This document shows positions 46,682 to 56,916 of a stretch of DNA of 64,000 bases, piece by piece; position 1 is the stretch's first letter; each line of letters opens with the position of its first letter. The position numbers were made by a program, and so were the translations under genes. The DNA comes from an uncultured Chloroflexia bacterium (GTDB lineage: Bacteria > Chloroflexota > Dehalococcoidia > GIF9 > UBA5629). Below the pieces are notes generated by a model. It did not search any database. It saw only the letters and a program-made list of their open reading frames with translations, and had not been told where the DNA came from. Location of the stretch: contig CAWGAF010000002.1 of NCBI GenBank assembly GCA_963820495.1, positions 737,375 through 801,374 on the forward strand. The letters run 5' to 3'.

Positions 46682-47521
46682 ATGGCAAGATATGGCTTAT
46701 TGATTGACATGAACAGATGCAATGGCTGCTACGGCTGTTTTTTGGCCTGTAGAGACGAATTCTGTGGCAATGATTATCCACCTTATTCTGCGGCACAGCC
46801 TTACTCAGGGCATTTCTGGATGCGCATTGTTGAGCGTGAACGTGGTGCTTTCCCAAAGGTTAAGATGGCCTACATCCGTATACCCTGTATGCAGTGTGAC
46901 GACCCTATGTGCGTTAAGCAAGCACAGGACAATGCCGTTTACAAACGCCAGGATGGAATCGTCATTATCGACCCCGTAAAAGCTAAAGGGCATAAGGAAA
47001 TACTTTCGTCGTGTCCCTACCGGGTTATCTACTGGAATGAGGAGTTACAACTGCCTCAAAAATGCACTTTTTGTGCTCACTTACTGGACCAGGGGTGGAA
47101 GGAGCCGAGATGCGTTGAGTTTTGTCCCACCAATGCTCTGATTTTTGGTGACCTTGATAATCCTAACAGTGAGATTTCACAGAGGCTAGCCAGTGAAAAG
47201 GCTGAGCCCCTTCGTTCTGAGTTTGGAATGAAGGAGAAGGTGCTGTATCTTAACATGCCCAGGCGATTTATTGCTGGAAGTGTGGTCTTTGGCGATACTG
47301 ATAAATGTGCCGAAAATGTAACGGTGAACCTGATTGGTGATAGTGAACAGAAAACAACTAAAACCAACAATTATGGCGATTTTGAATTTGAAGGTCTTCC
47401 TAAAGATAAGGACTACACTGTGCAGATTAAGCATCGGGGTTATAAGACTAAAGAGCTAAAAACACGCACTAAAATCGACGTTTATCTGGGGGATATATTA
47501 CTGTCGAAAACTGCCAGCTAA
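46682..47521 (+). CDS. Transhydroxylase-like small subunit (beta1): Fe-S domain plus C-terminal CarboxypepD_reg/Ig-like beta-barrel
   Basis: MARYGLLIDMNRCNGCYGCFLAC, CMQCDDPMC, CTFCAHLL...PRCVEFCP. C-terminal ...NYGDFEFEGLPKDKDYTVQI. The ATG at 46682 lies 4 nt after the alpha1 stop. Confidence 0.8.
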   Translation: MARYGLLIDMNRCNGCYGCFLACRDEFCGNDYPPYSAAQPYSGHFWMRIVERERGAFPKVKMAYIRIPCMQCDDPMCVKQAQDNAVYKRQDGIVIIDPVKAKGHKEILSSCPYRVIYWNEELQLPQKCTFCAHLLDQGWKEPRCVEFCPTNALIFGDLDNPNSEISQRLASEKAEPLRSEFGMKEKVLYLNMPRRFIAGSVVFGDTDKCAENVTVNLIGDSEQKTTKTNNYGDFEFEGLPKDKDYTVQIKHRGYKTKELKTRTKIDVYLGDILLSKTAS

Positions 47522-47595
47522 ATCCAAACTTGCTATGTAGCATTTATAAGAGGTGACAGTGGCGGGAGCACCTATTTCAGTAAAGAGGAGATATA

Positions 47596-50121
47596 ATGTT
47601 CGAACAAATTTTGACCCAATGTACTTCGGGTGGGGCTGTCTGGGTACACGTTAAGGATGGGGTGATAACACGGATCCGACCTATAGTCTTTGATGATACA
47701 GACGCACCATCATGGACCATTGACGCAAGGGGAAGACAGTTTACACCCCCTAGGAAAACCTCACTAATGCCGTATATTGTAGCTGAAAGAGCCCGTATTT
47801 ATTCTGAGAACAGGATCAAATATCCTTACAAAAGGGTAGATTTTAGTCCAAAAGGCAAGAGAAATCCCGAGAATAGGGGGAAGTCTGGCTATGAGCGGAT
47901 AAGCTGGGGTGAAGCACTGGATATCGTCGCTGGCGAGATGAAAAGGATTAGGGAGACCTATGGACCAGCTGCCATTACCGCCAGCACGGGGTCTCACCAC
48001 AACTGGGGTTTGTTATTTTATAAGATGGGTCCTTTTGGCAGGTTTTTTAACATGCTTGGTTATACAATGTTACTTGACAACCCTGATAGCTGGGAAGGCT
48101 GGCACTGGGGTGCCATGCATACCTGGGGCTATCACTGGAAATTAGGCATAACCGATAATTTCGATATACTGGACGATGCCTTGAAAAATACCGATCAAGT
48201 AATCATGTGGTCGGTCGATCCTAATACTACCACAGGTTATCCTGGCCAAGACTCTATCATCTGGCGTATCTGGCTAAGGGAGCTTGGCATCAAATTGATA
48301 TTTATCGATCCCTGGTGCAACTTTACCGCCAGCATGCTGGGTGACAAGTGGCTAGCACCGCGTCCTGGCACTGACGCAGCACTGGCAGAAGCTATTGCCT
48401 ATGTGTGGATCAAAGAAGGAACTTATGATAAATGGTTCGTGGAAAATCGTACTGTAGGATTCGATGAGTTTAAAAAACATATTCTCGGTGAGGATGATGG
48501 GGCTCCTCGGACTCCAGGATGGGCAGCAGAGATAACAGGTATTCCCACACGTGATATCACAGCGCTTGCCAGAGAATGGGCAGCAAAGCGGACTATGCTG
48601 GGTTGTGGTGCTATGTTAGGAGTCGCGGGAGCATGTCGGGCTGCTTATGCTACTGAATGGGCAAGGCTTATGGTGCTACTTATCTCAATGCAAGGCTTAG
48701 GCAAGCCCGGCGTCAATATCTGGGGTGGTGCCGCGATGGGTGCACCTTTGGATTTCACCTCGTTCCAGTTTCCAGGATATTCCTCTGCAGGATGGGATGC
48801 ATTTGGACTGGTGGCTAAAAAATCAGCTTTTCCTGAGGGGAACAAGGTTACTCAGAAAGTTTACCGCTTACTCCTTCCCGAGTCTATCTTGAACCCACCA
48901 GTTACCTGGACAGGCGAAGGTTTCTGTGGGCAGTTTCTAGACCAGCAGTTTATACAATATACCTACCCGGAGCCCGGCAGCCCTGAGATTAAGATGCTTT
49001 ACCGCCATGGTGGTTCTTACATCTCCACCATGACTGAAACAGGCAGGTATGCAAAAATGTACCAGAGTCCCAAAATTGAATTCGTAGCCAATCAGGATTG
49101 TCACTGGCAGAGCGAGACGTGCTTCGCCGATATTATATTGCCAGCCAGCACCAATTTCGAACAGAGCGATATATCAGAAATGTCTGCCGCTGGAGGCTAT
49201 GCTGTCAACAAGAGCGGCGCCAACCACCGAGTCATTGTCTACCAGAAAAAGTGCATCGAACCTTTATGGGAATCGAAGCCAGATTGGGACATATACTGTG
49301 AACTTGCCAAGCGGCTAGGTTTTCTTAATGAGTACACCGAAGGGAACTCACGAGAAGATTGGATCAAAAAATTGTTTCATGCCACCTCGCTACCAAAACA
49401 TGTTACTTATGATGATTTTAAGAAAAAAGGATACTTTATCGTCCCCTCCCATTTGGGAGATTACAAGCGTACCGTTTCCAACCGCTGGTTCTATGAAGGT
49501 CGTCCCTGCGAGGTGCCGGACCCTGTGAATCCCTTGATCGGAACTGATAAAGCAGATAAGCTGGCTACCTACAGCGGTAAGATAGAATTTGTATCACAAA
49601 GCCTGCTCAAGCATTTCCCAGATGATAAAGAGAGGCCGCCGATGCCGCGTTATATCCCCAGTTGGGAAGGACATACTACCGAGTTGGCAAAAAAATATCC
49701 GCTTCAACTCATCTCAAGTCATGTGCGCTTTTCCTTTCATACACAGCATGATAATAAGATCCCCTGGCTTGACGAAATTCCAGTACATCGTATAAAAAAG
49801 GATGGGTATGCCTGGTGGCCGATGCGCATACATCTATCTGATGCTGAGCCCCGTGGCATTAGGCATGGAGATATTGTCAAGCTTTATAATGACCGTGGTG
49901 CCGTGCTGGGTATCGCCCAGATTACCGAGCGTGTCAGACCAGGAGTAATCCACTCCTATCAGGCTGGAGCCAAATATGACCCCATCGAGTTGGGCAAACC
50001 AGACAGCATAGATAAAGGGGGATGTGTCAACATACTGACCCCTTCACGGATGGTATCAAAGCACGCTTCAGGAATGGCTAATAACTCTTGTCTGGTAGAA
50101 ATATGTAAGTGGGAGGTATAA
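47596..50121 (+). CDS. Transhydroxylase-like bis-MGD molybdoenzyme, large subunit (alpha2)
   Basis: 841 aa. Aligns with alpha1 end to end by eye: GGAVWVHVKDGVITRIRP, APSWTIDARGRQFTPPRKTS, SHHNWG, NPDSWEGWHWG. Confidence 0.78.
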   Translation: MFEQILTQCTSGGAVWVHVKDGVITRIRPIVFDDTDAPSWTIDARGRQFTPPRKTSLMPYIVAERARIYSENRIKYPYKRVDFSPKGKRNPENRGKSGYERISWGEALDIVAGEMKRIRETYGPAAITASTGSHHNWGLLFYKMGPFGRFFNMLGYTMLLDNPDSWEGWHWGAMHTWGYHWKLGITDNFDILDDALKNTDQVIMWSVDPNTTTGYPGQDSIIWRIWLRELGIKLIFIDPWCNFTASMLGDKWLAPRPGTDAALAEAIAYVWIKEGTYDKWFVENRTVGFDEFKKHILGEDDGAPRTPGWAAEITGIPTRDITALAREWAAKRTMLGCGAMLGVAGACRAAYATEWARLMVLLISMQGLGKPGVNIWGGAAMGAPLDFTSFQFPGYSSAGWDAFGLVAKKSAFPEGNKVTQKVYRLLLPESILNPPVTWTGEGFCGQFLDQQFIQYTYPEPGSPEIKMLYRHGGSYISTMTETGRYAKMYQSPKIEFVANQDCHWQSETCFADIILPASTNFEQSDISEMSAAGGYAVNKSGANHRVIVYQKKCIEPLWESKPDWDIYCELAKRLGFLNEYTEGNSREDWIKKLFHATSLPKHVTYDDFKKKGYFIVPSHLGDYKRTVSNRWFYEGRPCEVPDPVNPLIGTDKADKLATYSGKIEFVSQSLLKHFPDDKERPPMPRYIPSWEGHTTELAKKYPLQLISSHVRFSFHTQHDNKIPWLDEIPVHRIKKDGYAWWPMRIHLSDAEPRGIRHGDIVKLYNDRGAVLGIAQITERVRPGVIHSYQAGAKYDPIELGKPDSIDKGGCVNILTPSRMVSKHASGMANNSCLVEICKWEV

Positions 50122-50125
50122 CAAA

Positions 50126-50956
50126 ATGGCTAGATATGGAATGGTAATAGACGCCACCAAGTGTAGTGGCTGCTACAACTGCTTTTTAGCCTGCAAGGAT
50201 GAGCATTGTGGACACGATTATCCTGGTTATGCCGCAGCACAGCCCATGACAGGACATTTCTGGATGAACCTGTTCGAAAAAGAGAGGGGGCAGTATCCTA
50301 AAGTAAAGATAGCTTATACTCCAGTGCCCTGCATGCATTGCCAGGAGGCAACCTGCATAAAAGTGGCAGAGAACGGAGCTGTGTATCGTCGACCCGATGG
50401 GATTGTCATCATCGACCCAGTGAAGGCAAAAGGACAGAAGCAATTAGTATCCTCCTGTCCTTACCGTGTCATTTACTGGAATGAGGAGAAGAATCTCCCT
50501 CAAAAATGCACACTCTGTGCTCACCTGCTTGACGATGGCTGGAAGGAACCACGTTGCGTAGAGCTCTGTCCTACAGGAGCTCTTGCTTTTGGTGACCTGG
50601 ATGATCCTAAAAGCGAGATAGCCAAACTTGTTGCTTCTGGCAAGACTGAGATACTACATCCCGAATACGGGCTTAAGGAAAGCATTACCTATATTGGCAT
50701 ACCCAAGAAGTTTATTGCCGGTACTGTGGCATACGGTGATACCGACGAATGCGCGGGAAATGCCACGGCTACACTGATAGGTAATAATGGGAAGCAGACG
50801 ACTAAGCCCAGCAACTTCGGTGATTTTGAGTTTGAGGGTTTAGACGATAATTTGGAGTATACCATAAAAATCGAGGCTCCAAAATACAAAGCCCGAGAGT
50901 TCCAGGTAAAAACCCAAAAGGATATTTATCTAGGGTTAATAATGCTGGAGAAGTAA
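50126..50956 (+). CDS. Transhydroxylase-like small Fe-S subunit (beta2)
   Basis: MARYGMVIDATKCSGCYNCFLAC..., with the same cluster motifs and C-terminal beta-barrel as beta1. Confidence 0.8.
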   Translation: MARYGMVIDATKCSGCYNCFLACKDEHCGHDYPGYAAAQPMTGHFWMNLFEKERGQYPKVKIAYTPVPCMHCQEATCIKVAENGAVYRRPDGIVIIDPVKAKGQKQLVSSCPYRVIYWNEEKNLPQKCTLCAHLLDDGWKEPRCVELCPTGALAFGDLDDPKSEIAKLVASGKTEILHPEYGLKESITYIGIPKKFIAGTVAYGDTDECAGNATATLIGNNGKQTTKPSNFGDFEFEGLDDNLEYTIKIEAPKYKAREFQVKTQKDIYLGLIMLEK

Positions 50957-51095
50957 GCCAAATACCCAAGATTCAGGATAGCAAAACCAGTGATAAATCA
51001 TAGGTCAAAGGTCTTAGTTATTCTATATTTTCTCCAACCAAAGCATTAAATTATAGACCAACAGCTGGAGCATAACTTCTAAATTAGTATAAGAG

Positions 51096-53771
51096 CTATA
51101 AAATTTGTTTATCACTTGCTAAAACTCGCTCCAGGCGCAAGCCAGCATCTGCTTTGTAAGGCTTCTTGAATGCTTCGGGATACTTCTTTCTCAGTTCGTA
51201 TAGATTTACTCCTTCAACCTCGACAAGGAAGCTGCTTACAACCATTCCCGTGGCATTCTTGGAAGTTCTGTTATGTGGAGTAATGGTATTAATGGCTCCT
51301 CCTCTATCGAGCTCTCCTGGAACTATGGGGTCATAGCGGGCACCGTGATCGATGTAGACTACTCCGGGCATTATTCTCTCAGTTACGAAGGCACCTCCTA
51401 AGACAGCTCCTCTTTCGTTGTATATCTTAACCACGTCTCCACTTTCAATACCTCTTGCTGCAGCATCTGAGGGATTAATCCATAGAGGCTCATAGTTGTA
51501 TCCATCTGGTCCTTTGACTTTACAAGTAGGTATTTCTCTCGTCCAGGTTATATCATCGTGATTGGCATGAACTCTCCATCTGCCGTGGTTTGACATAATA
51601 AGTAAAGGATATTTCTTAGCTCTTTTACTGGAGAGCCTCTCATCGTGACTCTCTCCTTTTTCAATCCAGTGAGGGACAGGAGGTCTTTCTTTATCATCAG
51701 GGAAATGCTTGGCTAGATTCTGGGCGAAGAACTCTATCTTACCGGACGGGGTCTTTAAAGGATGATTTTCCGGGTCCTCGTAGAAGTCAGTCATTCCAGG
51801 CTTGCGCTTCTTCCATTCTGGGTCGGTGGGCACAACCCAGTAGCCCTTTTTTTCAAGTTCTTCGTAGGTAATCATATCCTTTACCCCTGAAGCTTCAAAG
51901 CCATGTCTTATCAATTCCTCAACAGTCTTACCACCCGTGTATTCTTTCAGTAATCCCAATTTTTCGGCTATCATGCAGACTATTTCGTAGTCGCTCCTGG
52001 ACTCTCCTAAGGGTTCAATGCATTGTCTTTGACGTAAAATAGTGTAAAATTGCCCGCCCATGTGATCTGCTAATATATCCTCCTCCTCAAACTTGGTGTT
52101 AACTGGCAGGACAATATCGGCGAATTGACAATCGTTTTCCAACCAGGGGTGCTGGGCGAGGATAAATTCTATCTTCGGGCTTCTAAGCGCCTTAATGTAG
52201 GAGTTGCTGTGATTCCAGCAGGTTATCCAGCAAGGTGTATCAGTCCATATCATATGTATTTCGGGGCAGCCCTCTGCTGGGTATGTGTATTTAGTGAATT
52301 GATCTTCGACCGGCGCATCTAATAATGTGGTACCATACCAGCTAATTGGCGCATTGAGGATGGCTTCGTGAATAAGGTCCTTAGGAATAAATTGTTTCAC
52401 CTTTTTTACATCTGATGAGAACAGACCTCCGGTATAAGCAGGTACGACGATTGGAAGTATTTTGCCTACGGGCATAGGATTTGTTGACTTTTTTTCAAAA
52501 ATACCCCATTCAATCATTTTGACCTGGTGAACTCCCGGCTTGCCTAATCCCTGCATTGCTAAGAGCAAAACCTCTAACCTGCCAGGCTCGGTAGAATACG
52601 GACTCCTGATGCCAGGGCCACCATTGCCATGTGCTATGCTTGTTCTCTTGGATGCCCATTCCTTGGCAAGCGCTTTAATTGTTGTCTCTGGTATAGCTGT
52701 TTTCGCAGCAGCCCATTTGGGTGTCTTGGGAATGCCATCCTCTTTTCCCAGGACATATTCCTCAAACTTTTCGAAGCCAAAAGTATGTGTGGCTACATAC
52801 TCTTTATCATAAGTTCCTTCGGTAATCCAGACATAAGCTATGGCTAGCTGCAAGGCAGCGTCGGTGTTTGGCCTAATAGGGACCCACTTATCGGCATGGA
52901 CTGCGGCTCCGTAGTTAAAATCTGGGCAGATATAAATGCATTTTATGCCGAGCTCACTAAGCCAGTAGCACACTCGGCTTGCCATTTGCCCATCAAATCC
53001 CCAGGGAGTTGTTTCTGGGTCGCAGCCCCAAAATAAAACCATCTCGGTATTTTCGGCAATGTCAGGCATTATGTTATTTCCGTAACCTGCGTCTGCCGTC
53101 TGGTTCTTTACAAGTTCCTTGTCTCCATAACCTGCAGATGCTGCCTGCTGACCTACTGGTTCCATACCCCAGACATGCTTTGCGCCCCAATACCAGCCCT
53201 CCCAGCTATCTGGATTTCTGGTCTGTAAGGTGTAACCGCCTAGCAGGTTGAGAAGTTTCCTTTGACAACCATGGGGTCCATGAACAGTCTTTGTTTCACC
53301 ATGTCCATCCGACTGGGCAAGTATGGTGTATGATGACCCATATTCTTTTATTAGCCTTTTAATCTCGCCTGTGATTATTTCTAAGGCTTCATCCCAAGAG
53401 ATTCTGATGTATTTACTCTTTCCCCTGTTTTCCACATTCCTATCACCCTTGGGATTCCAGTCAATCCGTTTCAGAGGGTAGAGGATTCGGTTAGGGGAGT
53501 AGACGCGCTTTTTATAGGCTAGACTGTACGGAGCTATTAAGGACTTCATGGTTGGTTCGAGGACTTTTCCACGGGCTTCCATTTTCCAGGGGTTGAAATC
53601 TTCGGGTTTGTATTTCCAGTCATAGTGCAGTGGTCTGATTCTGACTAATTTACCATTTCTAACATCAGCCACTGAGGCATTTGCGTCGGAAAAGTGACCT
53701 ATGAATCCAATCCCGATTGGTAATGATTTTTCCTCACCGGGTCCTATTCCAGTTTTATTGTCTTTTACCAT
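51096..53771 (-). CDS. Divergent transhydroxylase-like bis-MGD molybdoenzyme large subunit (alpha3), with no adjacent beta gene
   Basis: 891 aa. NGKLVRIRP..., NPDSWEGWYWG, an N-terminal extension and an internal insert. No Fe-S Cys motif and no Tat signal. Confidence 0.72.
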   Translation of the reverse strand: MVKDNKTGIGPGEEKSLPIGIGFIGHFSDANASVADVRNGKLVRIRPLHYDWKYKPEDFNPWKMEARGKVLEPTMKSLIAPYSLAYKKRVYSPNRILYPLKRIDWNPKGDRNVENRGKSKYIRISWDEALEIITGEIKRLIKEYGSSYTILAQSDGHGETKTVHGPHGCQRKLLNLLGGYTLQTRNPDSWEGWYWGAKHVWGMEPVGQQAASAGYGDKELVKNQTADAGYGNNIMPDIAENTEMVLFWGCDPETTPWGFDGQMASRVCYWLSELGIKCIYICPDFNYGAAVHADKWVPIRPNTDAALQLAIAYVWITEGTYDKEYVATHTFGFEKFEEYVLGKEDGIPKTPKWAAAKTAIPETTIKALAKEWASKRTSIAHGNGGPGIRSPYSTEPGRLEVLLLAMQGLGKPGVHQVKMIEWGIFEKKSTNPMPVGKILPIVVPAYTGGLFSSDVKKVKQFIPKDLIHEAILNAPISWYGTTLLDAPVEDQFTKYTYPAEGCPEIHMIWTDTPCWITCWNHSNSYIKALRSPKIEFILAQHPWLENDCQFADIVLPVNTKFEEEDILADHMGGQFYTILRQRQCIEPLGESRSDYEIVCMIAEKLGLLKEYTGGKTVEELIRHGFEASGVKDMITYEELEKKGYWVVPTDPEWKKRKPGMTDFYEDPENHPLKTPSGKIEFFAQNLAKHFPDDKERPPVPHWIEKGESHDERLSSKRAKKYPLLIMSNHGRWRVHANHDDITWTREIPTCKVKGPDGYNYEPLWINPSDAAARGIESGDVVKIYNERGAVLGGAFVTERIMPGVVYIDHGARYDPIVPGELDRGGAINTITPHNRTSKNATGMVVSSFLVEVEGVNLYELRKKYPEAFKKPYKADAGLRLERVLASDKQIL

Positions 53772-53815
53772 ATTATTCCCCCTTCGTTACGATATATAAC
53801 ATCAAAATACTATTT

Positions 53816-55282
53816 TTAAAAGCATAGTTTTCCTGGATTCATAATGTTATTAGGGTCGAAAATTTTCTTTACTTTTCTTAAGGCAATAGTGGTTTCAGCG
53901 TCTCTCCGATAAGCCATATCTGCCCAATGTGAGTAGGGTCGAGAGAAAAATGCTCCTCCGGTTGATAAGGCGTTGGAAGCTGCCTCAGATAATTTTTCAA
54001 TTTTATCTTTTTCGACTGGATTATTGGGATCAAAGAATAAATTAAACTCGCAATGGAAGTTAACACCCTGTACTATTGGCTGGATGTAAACCCCTATGTT
54101 CGAAAGTGGGTAGTCGAACTTCTCTGCAATACTATTCATGATACTTACAAGCTCCGAGAGTTTATCGTAAACGGTGATGAAAAATATATCATAGCATGAG
54201 CCCTTATCTCGGAGTTTCCAATAGGGCTCTTCTGATGGTTTGTGTAATGTCTCCAGTATTTTACTTGCTGAGGCTTTGCCGATGGCTTTTAGTGGTTTGA
54301 TTTTTAGAGACTTGGCTATGTCTGTCATAGCCTTTGTTTGGTAATTTACTTTCTCCTCGGGGAAGTATTTGGGACCAGTTATAGTAAAGAAAAGTATCCA
54401 AGGAGGCAAGGTATCCTTTATGCTTTTGTATTTTTGTGGCCATTCCTTAGCAATTATGCGAGCTAGATTGGAGTTATTCAGCACCAAGCAGTCATCAACC
54501 AACCTGCGCCTTATTAACCAGTAGATAAATTCTAACAGGTCATCAAGCTTTGAAGAACCGACCAAGAAAGGTTCCTCAATGCTTGGGGCTCGTTCACATC
54601 TTACTGTTGCCCAGACGACTATGCCCATGGTTCCCTGGGCACCTTGAATAAGTCTGTAGAAATCAGCCTGTATTGGTCCTGCTGCCTCGTTTTGTGCCGC
54701 GCCAGTTTCCCACTGTTCCTTCAGAGAGCCTGGTCCGGCTGCTGAGCCAGTTCTGAACATGTCACCGCTGCCATAAATCACCTCGGTGCAGGCTAGTGGG
54801 TCGGCTATGTCCCAATGGTATCTGGGCATGATTACTGGTTCTCTTTCAAGCAAGCTGCCTACCACTGATTTTGAAGTGCGTGGAAGCAATGGTAGGTTAA
54901 GCCTTAATCCTTCTTTTCCTACTGCCGATATCAACTCGCTAAATGTGACGCCAGGCTCAACCATTACTATCCGGTGCGCAGTATCAATCCTCACGATTTT
55001 ATTCATTCTACTGAGGTCTACTATAACAGTTCCGCCGGTGCTGGGAACAGTATCACCGCGAAAGTGGGGTGAACCTGAGCTTACTGGCACAAGAGGCGTG
55101 AGTGTCTCATTTGCCCAATTAATCAACTTTTGCACCTCATCAGCATTACCGGGCTTTACTACACACCTGGGCATTATGGTATGAACAAAACTTTCGTCTT
55201 CGGAATATTTAGCAAGATCCTCTGGTGCATCGGAGACATTGTCTGCGCCAACGATTTCTATCAAATCCTTTTTTTTAAACAT
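53816..55282 (-). CDS. FAD-binding (PCMH-type) oxidoreductase, GlcD/FAD-linked oxidase family
   Basis: The N-terminus resembles an FAD_binding_4 domain. The C-terminus has the signature KKIFDPNNIMNPGK. Confidence 0.75.
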   Translation of the reverse strand: MFKKKDLIEIVGADNVSDAPEDLAKYSEDESFVHTIMPRCVVKPGNADEVQKLINWANETLTPLVPVSSGSPHFRGDTVPSTGGTVIVDLSRMNKIVRIDTAHRIVMVEPGVTFSELISAVGKEGLRLNLPLLPRTSKSVVGSLLEREPVIMPRYHWDIADPLACTEVIYGSGDMFRTGSAAGPGSLKEQWETGAAQNEAAGPIQADFYRLIQGAQGTMGIVVWATVRCERAPSIEEPFLVGSSKLDDLLEFIYWLIRRRLVDDCLVLNNSNLARIIAKEWPQKYKSIKDTLPPWILFFTITGPKYFPEEKVNYQTKAMTDIAKSLKIKPLKAIGKASASKILETLHKPSEEPYWKLRDKGSCYDIFFITVYDKLSELVSIMNSIAEKFDYPLSNIGVYIQPIVQGVNFHCEFNLFFDPNNPVEKDKIEKLSEAASNALSTGGAFFSRPYSHWADMAYRRDAETTIALRKVKKIFDPNNIMNPGKLCF

Positions 55283-55334
55283 TTTTCACCTCACATTTGA
55301 TTGTGTGCAATTATTAAATGTACGTTTAGCCTGT

Positions 55335-56900
55335 TTATTCTTTTGCCGAGATGTACATAGCAGCCTCAGAGACCCCGTTCGGATCAAATGCCTTCTTAAA
55401 CTTGCGGAGCCATAAATGGTAGTTGCATAGATGTGGCCCCCACTTATCATGTCCCCTATCGCCCCATACGGTAACTGGAGCCGTATAGTGTTTCTCTATA
55501 GCAAGGTTTTCGCACTTGTCCGTATATTCCATTAATGCTCTCCATCCTTCACCTGTGGGGTGAATCTGCACAAGTTGTTCAGCATGCCCAGTATGCCCAT
55601 GTTCGTAAACCGTGGCAAAAATGCATTCTGGGCCTTCATCGCTGCGTATTACCCCTTTTTGTTGATATTCCTTCTTAAATTCCAAGCAATCCAGCATCAT
55701 CTTTGCAGAGGTTGGCAATAGAGCTGAGTCACCTATTGCGCCTAAAAATCTTCCCGAAGCCCGGAATACCTCTCTTACGGGTGCAGTAACCTTGGTGATA
55801 GTCCACATGTATTCTCTTTTAATAGCATCTTTTTCAAAATAACCTAGGAATTCTCCACCGATTTCTGACATAATCTGAGCCAGTACCTTCTCTTTATAAT
55901 TGAATTCTGAATCGCTACTGCTGGATATGATGACCAAAAAGCCAGGTTTCCCTTTGGATTCCTCCCGTAGCTTTGAAAGAAGCTCAGCAGACTCATCAGC
56001 GTTACCTGACAAACCCTCGCTTATCATTGGCCAAGAGAAAATAGTTAGCAGCATCGCGATCTCGCTCTCAGAAATTTTCATTGCTGCCTCAATTAATTTT
56101 TGCCACGAGGGAAATATGGGGCAATGGATGTTGTGGTTCTTCGGTAATTCTTTTAATCTATAGTACGGCGATGAACCTTCTATTTCTGGCTGTGGCGGCC
56201 CGTTCCAGTGATAGATCTTGGTCGCTGCTTTGGTATATATGCCCAATCCGCCCATCACTGTTTGAGGCCCCCTCAAGATACCCCTTAGAGAAGGCCCAGG
56301 TCCATCACCACAGAACCACCCAAGCCCAGAGCCCAGGGTGCCAAGCTTAAGAATCGTGCCGTCGGGCAGAACCCACTCCACAGCTAAAACATTTCTATCA
56401 TTAACGCTGGTGGTAAGCCCACTATGTCCTGTTCCCTGATGTGCTGTAATGGGTAAGGCGCAGGTATTGGAACCGGCGCAAACAATATTGATATTAAAGC
56501 CTCTTTTCATTGTTTCACCCTGGAGCTGGGCGCAAGTAACATAAGGCTCTACTACAGCATACATGCTTTTTTCGTTAATCTCTATAATTCGGTTCATTCT
56601 CCGCATATCTATATGAATGGCATTCTCGTCGAGGCCAAGCGCGCTATAGAATCCCCAGCCATTGGTGATTGCCTTATATCTGACTTGATATTTATTGCAT
56701 ATCTTTACTATTGCCCGAATTTCCTCTGTTTTTTGTGGTAGAAGTATTGCCCCGGACCTGGGCAAAAAAGGTGTATTAGTGAATAATTCAGCGCCCCACT
56801 GGAAAGCATACGCATCCAGTATTGCCGGTTCCTCGGTAATGTATTCAGTTCCTACCACATCCTCCAGGGCATTAAAAGCATCTCTGTTCTTCAAAGCCAT
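55335..56900 (-). CDS. FAD-binding (PCMH/VAO-type) oxidoreductase, divergent subfamily
   Basis: ...AILLPQKTEEIRAIVKICNKY...ITNGWGF...VVEPYVT... Has a paralog at 63043..>64000. Confidence 0.7.
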   Translation of the reverse strand: MALKNRDAFNALEDVVGTEYITEEPAILDAYAFQWGAELFTNTPFLPRSGAILLPQKTEEIRAIVKICNKYQVRYKAITNGWGFYSALGLDENAIHIDMRRMNRIIEINEKSMYAVVEPYVTCAQLQGETMKRGFNINIVCAGSNTCALPITAHQGTGHSGLTTSVNDRNVLAVEWVLPDGTILKLGTLGSGLGWFCGDGPGPSLRGILRGPQTVMGGLGIYTKAATKIYHWNGPPQPEIEGSSPYYRLKELPKNHNIHCPIFPSWQKLIEAAMKISESEIAMLLTIFSWPMISEGLSGNADESAELLSKLREESKGKPGFLVIISSSSDSEFNYKEKVLAQIMSEIGGEFLGYFEKDAIKREYMWTITKVTAPVREVFRASGRFLGAIGDSALLPTSAKMMLDCLEFKKEYQQKGVIRSDEGPECIFATVYEHGHTGHAEQLVQIHPTGEGWRALMEYTDKCENLAIEKHYTAPVTVWGDRGHDKWGPHLCNYHLWLRKFKKAFDPNGVSEAAMYISAKE

Positions 56901-56916
56901 TTCTAAAGTCCTCCTT

